This document shows, one piece after another, positions 19,835 through 29,340 of a stretch of DNA of 64,000 nucleotides. The stretch is from a virus (Duplodnaviria; Caudoviricetes): positions 1 through 64,000 of IMG/VR virus record IMGVR_UViG_3300033121_000983; one strand, written 5' to 3'. The stretch's first letter is position 1. Each line of letters starts with the position of its first letter. Below the pieces are notes generated by a model. That model ran no database searches. It saw nothing but the letters and a program-made list of their open reading frames with translations, and was not told where the DNA came from. A program made the translations under genes and the position numbers.

Positions 19835-22800
19835 CTACGCTGCAACTAACGGAACCCATTTACCGGCATGCCACTTACTGCCGGCCTTCATTTCTTTGTG
19901 CACCCACCCTTCGCCGTCGGGCGCCGGATGGAAGCCTGCGTACTTGGGATCGATTCCCAATTCTTCGCACTGATCGGGCATCAAATTCTCACCCCAGTGC
20001 ACGTACACGTTCGTATCAACGCCCATGTGATAGGGCGTGTTATCGGCCGGCATACCGTCCAGGTACGTACGGTAGATCGGCACACCTTTGCACATGGCGC
20101 GCGGCAGGATTTTATCCACAACAGTTGCCACGTGGCGCGCAGGCACCAGCAGCAACACAGCGTCGTGGATCTGCAGCACGATGCGGAACAGCTTATCACC
20201 GAGCGGATGACGACGCCGAATTTCCAGCAAGTTATCCAGCGCCTGCGACATGGCGGCAGCGACCATCGACTGCATCGGAAAATTCATCGCCTGTCGCTCG
20301 AAATCGCCGACTTGCTTTTCCTCGCGTACCGTTGGAAATCGCCGGAACTGTCCGAAGCAGTTACACAGCCAACCAGGATCAACTGCCCGCGCACGGCATT
20401 CGGCGAAGAACGGGCCGAGATCCGGGTACATCTCGAAAATCGTATCGATAATCTTCTGCGCTTCTTCGCGCGTCAGCGGGATCCGTTCTTCCTGCGCTTG
20501 GACGGCAATCGCTTTCGCGCCGCGTCCGTACATCAGTCCGAAAATTACCGCTTTCGCTACGATACGCAGATTGGACTTACCGATGCTGTCCAGCCCGGCT
20601 TTCGTAGGCGGGCACTGCAACCGAAAGGCACGGATCGCGACATGCGAGTGAATGTCGTAGTAATCCGGGTGCGATTCCGGAAGCTGATTACGTCGGCAGT
20701 GTTCGATCATTGCCGCATCGCCGGACATGATCGCGGCGCCCAACAACTCGGCACCGATGAAGTCCGCTTCGATCAGCACATAACCTTTTGGCGCGCGAAA
20801 GATCGTACGAATCGGCCAGCGATATTTATCGCCAAGGATGCGTTTGTAGTCTTTCTCGCGCCGCTTACTGACGTTTGTCAGGTTCGGTCGACTGCTAGCC
20901 CAGCGGCATGTTTCCAGCGTGGGGTAGATGTGCGTCCGCAGCCGATTGTCGTCGCAAATCAGCGATGGCAATCCGGCCTCGTAGGTGTAGTCGCCGTTAT
21001 CGTCTTCTACGTAGTCGCCGTCGTCGTCGCGCGCCGGAGGGCGCAGTGTCAACTTCAGCACTTGCGAGATGAATCGATACTCGCGCAATACGGCGATTTG
21101 GTCGCTGTAGTCAACGGTCACCGCCCTACGCCTACCTGTTCGCTTATCGCGGCGGTAGCGTACGACATGCGTAGAGTTCTGCTGCAGCAGCGAAAGGATC
21201 TGACCTTTCGTACCGGGCGTCTTTGATTTCTCGAGTCCGCGCTCGATTACATCATCCCACAGCATCGGCCGTTTATCGTTCGTCATGATCGGCGTCAGGT
21301 ACAGTGACTTTGCCTTCTTGGGGCGCATCCGTACCGGCACTTCAGGGTCCGTGCGTTTCTTGCCGTTATACTTCTCGCCGTAGAGCCATTCACGAACCGC
21401 GAACGGCGACTCCAGGTTGAAGGTCGGCCAACGACTCTGCTTCTGCATACGCTGCCGTAACTCCGCTTTCGCGTTAACATACAGCTCGGACAGTGCGTCC
21501 AATCGTCGGCGGTCAACTTCGATACCGGTCATGTTGATTTCCATGACCGCTTGGTAAGCGCGCATGTTGCGCCAGAACGCTTCCCAGCAGCAGTTGCCGA
21601 AACGGTCTGCGTCCAGTCGCGCGAGCTGCGCCAGCGCAATTCGGCGCGTAACGTCGGCGTCGTAGTTGCCGTAAGGCTCAAGCACTTTCGAGGGGCACAT
21701 ACCGTACCCTTCGAGATCTTTGTCTTTCATCTTGTGCTTGAGGCAGTACTTGTGTTTCCACTTCTCCAGTGCAATGTCGTAACGCGGCGCCGACGTGTGT
21801 CGCATTGTCAGCGCGTTCAGGCCGAAGTCAGCGGTTTCGTCGTGTGCGTGCTCCGCCAGGCCGGTATCAAATCCAGATGGCTTACCGGAGTAGACAGCTT
21901 CACGGAACTCTTGCCATGTCGCCGGCACTCGATAGTGCTCGCGGATGTCGACACCGAACGGAATCAACCACTCAGCGTCCGCTGCCAGATACTGTCCGAC
22001 AACGATCCGTCCCCGCAGGATCTGATTGAGGATGCGCGCAACGGCTTTGTACGAGCCCTTGAAACGTCGCTTTCCCCCGGGATGCGTCAGCGCAATACAA
22101 GCCGCAGTCTTATCGCGCCAACTTAGCTGGATCGTCCGCAGGTAGCTTCCTTCGTTCTGCGGATGCTCTCCATGCCATTCGGCATCGATACTGACCATGT
22201 TCCGCTCGCACGTCTGCCGGATTTCCCGTGCCAGCGCTTTGAGCTCGGGCAACGTGTCGATCGTACGGTGATCGATATCATCTTCAGCTCGATCCCAGCG
22301 CATACCGCGGATCAGCTGCCCGAACCGTGCGATTGAGCCGTCGAGCTTTTCCAGCGTCTCGGGCATGCGCAGCACGGCCGATGGGTTTACACAGCCCATC
22401 AACTTAGCCGCGCGGTACTGCGGCTCACTGTCCAGATCGTGGTGTTTGTCGACACAGTAACGATAGTCGATTACACGTCCTTCGACGTTCTTCAACTGCC
22501 CGTCGGTCTTGCCTAGCAACGCCTGACAGACGTCCGCGCCTAGCGCCAGGATGTACTTCGGGCGCACCAGCCGAATTTCCTGGTGCAGTAACGGCAGCCA
22601 GTCCTTTACCCAGTTCACAGACCAGCCGTTACCGCCGTCGGGGTGCTCGGTTTTCACAAGATTGGTGACGTAGAACTTGTCGCTCTCGAGTCCGTGCTTA
22701 TCGCACAGCTCGCGCAGTAACTTGGCGCTAGTTTCGCAGAATACGGTGGCGTTGTTGCGTGCCTCTTCGCCGTGTACCTTGCCGATCAGCATAACGTCGG

Positions 22801-23134
22801 CGCGCTCCGGGCCGTGCCCGTCGCGACTGCCCCAGATATGCCCGCTCAATACGTTCAGCGCGCGGCGTCGACCTTGCTTAACCAGCACGGGCATCATCAA
22901 CTCGCCGCGGCTGTAGAGACACTGCCGCATCAGCTTTTCTAATGCTTCTCCGTAAACGATCGGTTCAGCGCTGGCGACCTTAGCGCCGCGCAACGCTTTC
23001 TGCTGCTTTTCCGTCAGCTTCAGATCGCCGGTGCGCACCGCATAGTCGATAAACGACGGGCCGGGGCGAGCGATACCCGGCGCATCTAGCGGGTACATAC
23101 GCTGCTGTTCGGCTTGTTCAGCTTTCCAGGCCAT
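19835..23134 (-). CDS. polA: Family A DNA polymerase with N-terminal UDG-like domain and 3'-5' exonuclease
   Basis: Exo motifs 'IDAEW' and 'YGNYDAD'; motif A 'EADFIGAEL', B 'RIVAKAVIFGLMYG', C 'QIHDA'; UDG-like 'YVTNLVK', 'EIRLVRPKYILALG'. Confidence 0.95.
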   Translation of the reverse strand: MAWKAEQAEQQRMYPLDAPGIARPGPSFIDYAVRTGDLKLTEKQQKALRGAKVASAEPIVYGEALEKLMRQCLYSRGELMMPVLVKQGRRRALNVLSGHIWGSRDGHGPERADVMLIGKVHGEEARNNATVFCETSAKLLRELCDKHGLESDKFYVTNLVKTEHPDGGNGWSVNWVKDWLPLLHQEIRLVRPKYILALGADVCQALLGKTDGQLKNVEGRVIDYRYCVDKHHDLDSEPQYRAAKLMGCVNPSAVLRMPETLEKLDGSIARFGQLIRGMRWDRAEDDIDHRTIDTLPELKALAREIRQTCERNMVSIDAEWHGEHPQNEGSYLRTIQLSWRDKTAACIALTHPGGKRRFKGSYKAVARILNQILRGRIVVGQYLAADAEWLIPFGVDIREHYRVPATWQEFREAVYSGKPSGFDTGLAEHAHDETADFGLNALTMRHTSAPRYDIALEKWKHKYCLKHKMKDKDLEGYGMCPSKVLEPYGNYDADVTRRIALAQLARLDADRFGNCCWEAFWRNMRAYQAVMEINMTGIEVDRRRLDALSELYVNAKAELRQRMQKQSRWPTFNLESPFAVREWLYGEKYNGKKRTDPEVPVRMRPKKAKSLYLTPIMTNDKRPMLWDDVIERGLEKSKTPGTKGQILSLLQQNSTHVVRYRRDKRTGRRRAVTVDYSDQIAVLREYRFISQVLKLTLRPPARDDDGDYVEDDNGDYTYEAGLPSLICDDNRLRTHIYPTLETCRWASSRPNLTNVSKRREKDYKRILGDKYRWPIRTIFRAPKGYVLIEADFIGAELLGAAIMSGDAAMIEHCRRNQLPESHPDYYDIHSHVAIRAFRLQCPPTKAGLDSIGKSNLRIVAKAVIFGLMYGRGAKAIAVQAQEERIPLTREEAQKIIDTIFEMYPDLGPFFAECRARAVDPGWLCNCFGQFRRFPTVREEKQVGDFERQAMNFPMQSMVAAAMSQALDNLLEIRRRHPLGDKLFRIVLQIHDAVLLLVPARHVATVVDKILPRAMCKGVPIYRTYLDGMPADNTPYHMGVDTNVYVHWGENLMPDQCEELGIDPKYAGFHPAPDGEGWVHKEMKAGSKWHAGKWVPLVAA

Positions 23135-23152
23135 CAAGTGATTCCTACGTCG

Positions 23153-24319
23153 TTACAGTCGTACAGGGTCAGGGTCCAGTAGCCGGATCTCGCTGATGCC
23201 TGCTTCATGCGCCGCGCGTTCAATTGCGTTGCGCTGCAATACAGGATCTAGCGAGCCAGGGTCTCCGCCCGGCAGGTAAACCGGCAGCACAGCTTCGGCG
23301 TCGGTGTAGTCCATTAGCCGTGCGCGCGCGCGTTCGATCTGGTGCGGCTGTCGCCGTCCGCCAGCCGTGCGTACCGCGCCTTCCCGCGCAGGGTCGTAGA
23401 GCACGACAAACCTTGCGCGTTTCTTGTGACGTTTGCGCCAGGCTTTAACGATCAACTCGGCCTGCGTGTGGCTCAGCTTACAGCCGAACGTTGCCACCGA
23501 CTGACGTCCGAAGCCCCACACGTCGATTGCGCCTTCCACAAGCACACAGGTTGGATACTCCAACGCCTGCTCGAAATTGTAAACATGCGCGGTCTTGCGA
23601 TACCCCGGCATGGTGTAGTACTTCGGAACGTGCGCTTTGCTAAACGGCACGCCGTCGACATCGTCGCCCACGTAGCGGGCCTGCCACCCGCACAATACGC
23701 CATCTTCCGTGATCGGAATGTAGATGCGGTTGTTGGCGTAGCGATCCCGACACTCGTAGCAAAAACCGATGTTGTAAAGTCGTGACAACGCGACCGGGTC
23801 ATACCCGCGCGAACGCAGATAAGCCAAAGCGGCATGCTCGTACTTCACTTTTGCCAGCCGCGACAGCGTCACGACTTTGCCGGGCGGCTCCGGATCGTGA
23901 TATTCGTCATCCGCTTCGCGTTCGCTCACTGTCGGCATGCGTACGCGCGAACTGCCAAACGTGCCCAGTAGCGTGTGATAAAACTCACGCTGCCGTTGCG
24001 GCTCGTCGAGACAACGCGTTTCGTTCCAGCACTGTGCAAGCCAAATCATAGGTTGCTGCGTATCCGGGTCGAGCGTGCCAAAATTGTGGTTGATCATCAG
24101 ACGTCCGCGCTGATCACCGCAGTACGGACAGTTGATGATGTACTCTTCGCCGGATTCCAGCACGCGGCGTGTGTGCTGGACACGCGCGGCAACGCGCGTT
24201 TTCACGCGCTGCCAGTCTGTTCGTTGTCCGGCGTGAGCGACTCGCACACGGTCGGCACCGCCTGCGAATCGACACACGCGCTGGTAAAGGGCCGGGTTAA
24301 GAACTCGCCGCGGCTCCAT
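23153..24319 (-). CDS. dnaG: DnaG-type DNA primase
   Basis: CPYC Zn finger, 'RIYIPI', 'WQAR', 'PKYY', TOPRIM 'LVEGAID', 'DPGSL'. Confidence 0.9.
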   Translation of the reverse strand: MEPRRVLNPALYQRVCRFAGGADRVRVAHAGQRTDWQRVKTRVAARVQHTRRVLESGEEYIINCPYCGDQRGRLMINHNFGTLDPDTQQPMIWLAQCWNETRCLDEPQRQREFYHTLLGTFGSSRVRMPTVSEREADDEYHDPEPPGKVVTLSRLAKVKYEHAALAYLRSRGYDPVALSRLYNIGFCYECRDRYANNRIYIPITEDGVLCGWQARYVGDDVDGVPFSKAHVPKYYTMPGYRKTAHVYNFEQALEYPTCVLVEGAIDVWGFGRQSVATFGCKLSHTQAELIVKAWRKRHKKRARFVVLYDPAREGAVRTAGGRRQPHQIERARARLMDYTDAEAVLPVYLPGGDPGSLDPVLQRNAIERAAHEAGISEIRLLDPDPVRL

Positions 24320-24320
24320 G

Positions 24321-25964
24321 TTAGTTAAGCCCTAACAGCTGCCGATCAAAGCCAGTTGACGAGCTCTTACGCACGACTGGGATCGCCGTGTCTGCCAGCC
24401 GTTCGCGGTCCGTTGTTTTCACGAACCGGTTAGTAGTTGGATCAATCATGTAGCCCTTTGCCTGTTGAACCGTGTTGAGGTTGCCGAGAATCTGCACGAC
24501 TTCCGGCGGACGTCGGCGCTCGCGCCGCTGTTTGTCGGTGCCGAAGGCCACGAGATTGTTCTGGTCGGGGTTACCGACCATGAAGCAGAAATCGAGGTTT
24601 TCGGCGAACATGCGGTTATCTTTTGAATCCGTACGCTTAGGCAGCCGGCCGGGTACGAGCGAGTTCGCGTCGCCGTTCAGCTGCTGCATCAACCAGACAC
24701 GCGCATTGAGCGCCGTCGCGAGTTCGTTTTTCGCCGTACTGACGTAGCGCCCGATCGCGCGCCGCATGGCACGGTCGGGATCTTCCTGCCGCCCCGCGCT
24801 AGCCATCGTGGCACGCTCGCACGCTAGTGAGACGTAGTCGACCACGACCACGCCGCAGCGCGTTTCGCACTGACGCTCAGCGCTGACCCGGGCGAGATCG
24901 CGGCGAACAATCGCCACAATCTCGCTAATCATGCCAGTGCCGCGCCCAGGAAAACGTGTGTCGTTACCTGACATATCCACGCAGCGCCAGTTACGGTTGA
25001 GCTGTTTCTTCGCGCGCTCGTACCGCGTACGCTCCGGCAACAAGCTGCCGAGCTTCACTGAAGATTTCAGTAGATCAAGCTCGTAAGGCCGGTAAACGCC
25101 TTGCTTACGCTGCAGCTGTTGCTCGAAATCTTCCATTGCCAGAATGTCTTTGTCGATCAGTGCAGTGCAGCATAGCGCACGCATCTTGATGACATCGATC
25201 GGACCTTCGTAGTTGAAGTGGTACGACACTTTTAGCGGCGTCTTACCTTCACCAGCCAGCCACTCGGCGTAGTCGCGCGCGGCCCCCAGCGTCGACAGCT
25301 GCACCGCCAATGTGGTTTTGCAGCTGCCGACGGGGCCGAGCAAGCCGTAGACTTCGCCCTCGACGTCACCGCCGCCCAGGTAATAGTCGATGAACGGCAA
25401 GCCGGTACTGGTTTTCTTGACCGCTTGCGGGCGCCAGTCGCCAGCAAACGGCGCGTCGATATCGGCACTGTCAACAGCGCCAATAGCGTCTGCCTGATCT
25501 TTCGCTGCAGCAAGTACACCAGCGACATCGACAGGCGCGTCGTCACTGGCCAGCTTACGTCGCAGCTCGCGTAGTAGCGATTCTTCCAGCAAGCTGCGCA
25601 GGTAGGTCGTGGCGATCGACGTCGGTAAGTCAGCTTTCTTACTGCCGAACGCTACGGAGACGATCTTGTTGAGTTGACCAACCTGATCGTCGTCGAGATC
25701 GTCGTTGTTATCGACGAGCAACTGCACCGCACTGACCATCGGTGCCTTACGCGGCATCTCCTTGTGCCGGGTGACATAGTCACACAGCACGTCCCAGTAC
25801 AGCTGGAAGTGTCGATCGTCGTTGCCGAACAACTCAGCCGAGTCGCGTTCGGCTACCGATTTGAGTAGATCCTCGTGCCGCGTGAACGTCGCCAGCATGG
25901 TGATCTTGTCATGATCGGACAGACGATCGCGCCGCTGCAGTAGTTCGAAATCGGGTTTAGCCAC
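24321..25964 (-). CDS. dnaB: DnaB-like replicative helicase
   Basis: Walker A 'GPVGSCKTT', 'NYE', 'VVVDYV', 'QQLN'; adjacent to the primase. Confidence 0.8.
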   Translation of the reverse strand: MAKPDFELLQRRDRLSDHDKITMLATFTRHEDLLKSVAERDSAELFGNDDRHFQLYWDVLCDYVTRHKEMPRKAPMVSAVQLLVDNNDDLDDDQVGQLNKIVSVAFGSKKADLPTSIATTYLRSLLEESLLRELRRKLASDDAPVDVAGVLAAAKDQADAIGAVDSADIDAPFAGDWRPQAVKKTSTGLPFIDYYLGGGDVEGEVYGLLGPVGSCKTTLAVQLSTLGAARDYAEWLAGEGKTPLKVSYHFNYEGPIDVIKMRALCCTALIDKDILAMEDFEQQLQRKQGVYRPYELDLLKSSVKLGSLLPERTRYERAKKQLNRNWRCVDMSGNDTRFPGRGTGMISEIVAIVRRDLARVSAERQCETRCGVVVVDYVSLACERATMASAGRQEDPDRAMRRAIGRYVSTAKNELATALNARVWLMQQLNGDANSLVPGRLPKRTDSKDNRMFAENLDFCFMVGNPDQNNLVAFGTDKQRRERRRPPEVVQILGNLNTVQQAKGYMIDPTTNRFVKTTDRERLADTAIPVVRKSSSTGFDRQLLGLN

Positions 25965-26637
25965 TATGAGCCTCGCTTCCGTATTGTGCCGCCATCACGA
26001 CCGAGTGCCGTTTTGCCAGCAGAGGCAGCCAAGCTGTCTCTAAATAAGCCGGCGGGAAGCCGATAAACTGTGCGTCTGCTTCCGCCCGCACTTCGCGCGC
26101 AAGCTCAACAAGCTGTAGCTGTCGCGCGACAGAATATCGAAACAGCGGACTAAGCTGCGACACGTCGTTAGCCAGCACCTCTTGCGCGAGCTGCATCTCG
26201 CTGCGCGGTCGAGGTCGTTGCACTTCGTAAGCACGCGCCAGTTGCATTTGCTGCTCGTACGTACGTCGATCGGTGTTGAGCTGAATCTGAGCGACTTCGA
26301 TAGCTGCCGCGCGAAAGTCTGGCAAATGCACCAGTACATCGTGCGACATTGCGTGATGTGGGCGCGGCGGTTCGCGTCCACTCCAATGTGCGAACAGGAC
26401 TGCGATCAGTACCTGCGTCGACGTATGCTGCCGCTGTGCTAGTTGTGCTAGCGTAACCCAGATCGTGTTGCCGTCGCTGCGCCGGCGATGCTCGTATTTC
26501 GGCGGGTCGTCGGCGACAACGCCGCGCAGGACCATGTGGCGGTGGTAAAGTACGTCGTAGTAGCGGTGCGCTTGCTCGGCCTGCATAGCAAGCCAACGCT
26601 CGTTACTACGCCGCGATGGTTTGACAAGTCGAGGCAC
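25957..26637 (-). CDS. Hypothetical protein
   Basis: GTG start after AAGGA; in the replication operon. Confidence 0.7.
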   Translation of the reverse strand: MPRLVKPSRRSNERWLAMQAEQAHRYYDVLYHRHMVLRGVVADDPPKYEHRRRSDGNTIWVTLAQLAQRQHTSTQVLIAVLFAHWSGREPPRPHHAMSHDVLVHLPDFRAAAIEVAQIQLNTDRRTYEQQMQLARAYEVQRPRPRSEMQLAQEVLANDVSQLSPLFRYSVARQLQLVELAREVRAEADAQFIGFPPAYLETAWLPLLAKRHSVVMAAQYGSEAHSG

Positions 26638-26642
26638 GTGCG

Positions 26643-26660
26643 AGTTTCCTTTAACGTTTA
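26643..26660. promoter_or_regulatory. Repeated operator-like motif (copy 1)
   Basis: AGTTTCCTTTAACGTTTA; near-identical copies at 34106 and 43189. Confidence 0.6.
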
Positions 26661-28240
26661 TCGGATTTGAGCAAGGAGCCGAGGCGCTTATTCGGCCGCG
26701 ACGGCGCCTTCGGCGCAGCCGGTGCCGATACCTGACTCAGCGTGCGGCGCTGGCTGGACTTACCGTCGATCAGCTGCATGCCGATCTGTGTCCAGCCGTG
26801 ACGTGCGTAACAGCGACGACGTTGAGCTGACCGCTGCGCGAAACTTTCGTCGAAAACATCGACGAAGTCGATCACGATGCCGGTCTTAACTTTGCCGTCT
26901 TTGCGTGTACGCGACACGCGGCCCGGGATCTGCGTATCCGCGATCCGGGAGTTTTTCCCGTCGGCGCGGATAAGCACGGATAGGTTGCGAAAGTCAACGC
27001 CGCGATTCCACACGCCGGTTGCGATGACTTTCTTCAAGCGCCCGTCTTCGAAGCGTCGTTTAATTCGCTGTCGGCGGACAGCGTCCATCATTGGTTCGTG
27101 CACGCCGATGCATCCGGTACGTTCGTACGTTTTGCGATCTTCGCGCGACAAGCCTTGTCCGTAACACAGCGTGAACTCAGGTAGCAGCTTCTTAAGCTGC
27201 ATCGCGTGCTCGATCGTGTCGACCACGATCAATACCTGGTCATCATCTGTAAACTCTTGCGCAATCTGCTGAATCATGCGATTGCGTTTGCCGTTGCGCC
27301 AGAAACCGCGGCGCTTTTTAGCGACGCCGTTTGTCACGCCCTCGCACGGGTTTTGCGACATCACGCAGCTATACCAACGGACTTCCATCGGTACGACCAT
27401 CTTGTGTTTGACCGCATCGGCGTACGAGATCACAGACAACTCACGGCCGGCGGTGCCGATCAGCTCGAAGTCTGCCCCATCAGAGCGATCACCGACAGGG
27501 TTTGCCGAGAACAAGAACGTCTTCGCGTAGCGATAACGCGACAACCGTTCTTGCGCGTCATCTGTGGCCCATTCGTGGGCTTCGTCAACAAGCAGAAAGT
27601 CTGCGTTACCGTCCATGTGGTGAAGCGATTTACCGCTGACGCAGTTAATTCGGCTGGGCCGCATGCGCGGACCACTGCCGGTAATCAGCGCGACGCGTGT
27701 GCACGCTTTGGACACGTTTCGGTACAAGTCCGTAATGACGTCCAGCGAGTTTGTCGTAATGTCGATACGCGCGTTCGGATACTGCTTACAGAGCTGAGAA
27801 ATCAGGAATGATTTCCCGGCGCCGGTAGGCCACCGAATACGCCCCATGACGTTCGTAGCGATCGCTTCCAGGGTTTCACGCTGCTGATAGCGCCATTCCA
27901 CCCCTTCTACTCGCGACCAGTCTGGTTTGTAGACGTCCATGTTCTTGGGCCACGGACGATCACGCACGGCTAGTTTGTAGCCGAACGCGCGTAACTGTTC
28001 TGCCAGGTGCCACAAGTAACCCGCCGGAGTCACCAGCTGCGGTGGACTCGTGTCGGTTGCGCTGTACTCAGCGTAGCACTGCACTGGGATGCGCTGCATC
28101 TGCATGTCGCGCGTACGCGGTGAGCGTGCGTACGACGTGCGCCAGTACGTCAGTAGGTTGTGTAGAATTCGCCGCAGACGCGGAGAGGGCTGTCGGAAAA
28201 ACAGCAGATTGCCGTCGCGGGTCGCGACCAGTTTTTTCAT
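26651..28240 (-). CDS. SF2 DEAH helicase (UvsW-like)
   Basis: 'PTGAGKS', 'LVDEAH', 'FSAN', 'GVDF', 'QIPGRVSR'. Confidence 0.9.
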   Translation of the reverse strand: MKKLVATRDGNLLFFRQPSPRLRRILHNLLTYWRTSYARSPRTRDMQMQRIPVQCYAEYSATDTSPPQLVTPAGYLWHLAEQLRAFGYKLAVRDRPWPKNMDVYKPDWSRVEGVEWRYQQRETLEAIATNVMGRIRWPTGAGKSFLISQLCKQYPNARIDITTNSLDVITDLYRNVSKACTRVALITGSGPRMRPSRINCVSGKSLHHMDGNADFLLVDEAHEWATDDAQERLSRYRYAKTFLFSANPVGDRSDGADFELIGTAGRELSVISYADAVKHKMVVPMEVRWYSCVMSQNPCEGVTNGVAKKRRGFWRNGKRNRMIQQIAQEFTDDDQVLIVVDTIEHAMQLKKLLPEFTLCYGQGLSREDRKTYERTGCIGVHEPMMDAVRRQRIKRRFEDGRLKKVIATGVWNRGVDFRNLSVLIRADGKNSRIADTQIPGRVSRTRKDGKVKTGIVIDFVDVFDESFAQRSAQRRRCYARHGWTQIGMQLIDGKSSQRRTLSQVSAPAAPKAPSRPNKRLGSLLKSDKR

Positions 28241-28245
28241 AGGTT

Positions 28246-29340
28246 TCACTCGACGACGGCACGGCACGCAGCGACGTGGGCGTTCCACGCTGCCAGCGCA
28301 GTGTCGTCACTAAAGTAATGAGCCGGTACGAAAAGCTGCCGACGGCGTTGCCCGCTCGTCAGACCAGCACCTGAATCGTCGTTCGCCGTGCGTGATGCGG
28401 CTGACCGCACTAACGCAAGTTCCGCTAAAGTGAGATCGCTATCGAGCCAGACGTCGCGAGCGAACCTCAAATATAGTTGGGCGCCACCCAACCACCAGCG
28501 GCACAACTCGGTCGAGTTTTGACCGAGCCGTTGAATTGTGTCGGATCCGTGGCGTTTACGCAAGTCGCAGACCCTGGACCACAACAAAACGTTATCAGCG
28601 GCTGTCACGTCTACTAGATCTTGTGGTTTGGTTAACCAGCGCGAGCCGGCAAACAGCCGCCCCACGCAATCCAGTAGGCGCGCGGCCGCTGTGTCTTCGC
28701 CGCGCCGCAACTGCCACATTGCGGCCGGCGTCACACGATAATGGCGACGCAGCGCTGCCATCCTGTCTGGCTTGTTGATATCCACGTAATTCCGCGGATC
28801 GAGCATGCGCATCGTAAACACACGCTGCCGCGTGCTGGCTTCCGGCGACGTATCGCGAGCCAGACATAATGCTGGCCACGCCGGGTGAGTCTGCAGCAGT
28901 GCCCTGGTTCCAGTCTGCGTGCGCGTTTCATACAGCTGGTAGGCCACCAGTTCGCCGAGCGACAGCGCGCGCAGTCCACCGGTGCTCGGCGGGTTTTGTG
29001 CGCGGCTGATACCGATGAGCGCGTCGTAGAACAGCCCAGATGACGGTTGAGTCGCCTCACCGGCAGGTTGGGCCATGTACACCGCGAACAAACGCGGGCT
29101 GCAGACATAGATCGGCAACGACGTCACCAATGACAAGCGATGCAAGCCGCCGTGCGAGAGTGACACGATGCCGTCACAACCGGCTTCGCGCCACTTGGCT
29201 ACTTGTGCACGCCAATGTAGCGTGTCTGGGGCTGCCACCTGTCCCGATACATAACCATCACCGTGCTGGTGGCGCCAGCGGCATTGCGCAGTCGCGGTGG
29301 TGCCTGAAAACAACAAGCACACAGGTCGTGACAATGTCAT
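28246..29340 (-). CDS. Hypothetical protein with degenerate IS110 (Transposase_20)-like segment
   Basis: 'HPAWPAL...MLDPRNYVD..PDRMAALRRHYRVTP'; ATGA-coupled to sbcC. Confidence 0.55.
   Translation of the reverse strand: MTLSRPVCLLFSGTTATAQCRWRHQHGDGYVSGQVAAPDTLHWRAQVAKWREAGCDGIVSLSHGGLHRLSLVTSLPIYVCSPRLFAVYMAQPAGEATQPSSGLFYDALIGISRAQNPPSTGGLRALSLGELVAYQLYETRTQTGTRALLQTHPAWPALCLARDTSPEASTRQRVFTMRMLDPRNYVDINKPDRMAALRRHYRVTPAAMWQLRRGEDTAAARLLDCVGRLFAGSRWLTKPQDLVDVTAADNVLLWSRVCDLRKRHGSDTIQRLGQNSTELCRWWLGGAQLYLRFARDVWLDSDLTLAELALVRSAASRTANDDSGAGLTSGQRRRQLFVPAHYFSDDTALAAWNAHVAACRAVVE

Noticed and set aside
19868-21226. 452-aa + strand ORF antisense to polA (and similar shadow ORFs at 17505-18479, 1391-2188, 13903-14646)
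   Set aside because: Shadow ORFs expected from GC-rich codon bias; no motifs recognised, and they overlap convincing - strand genes.
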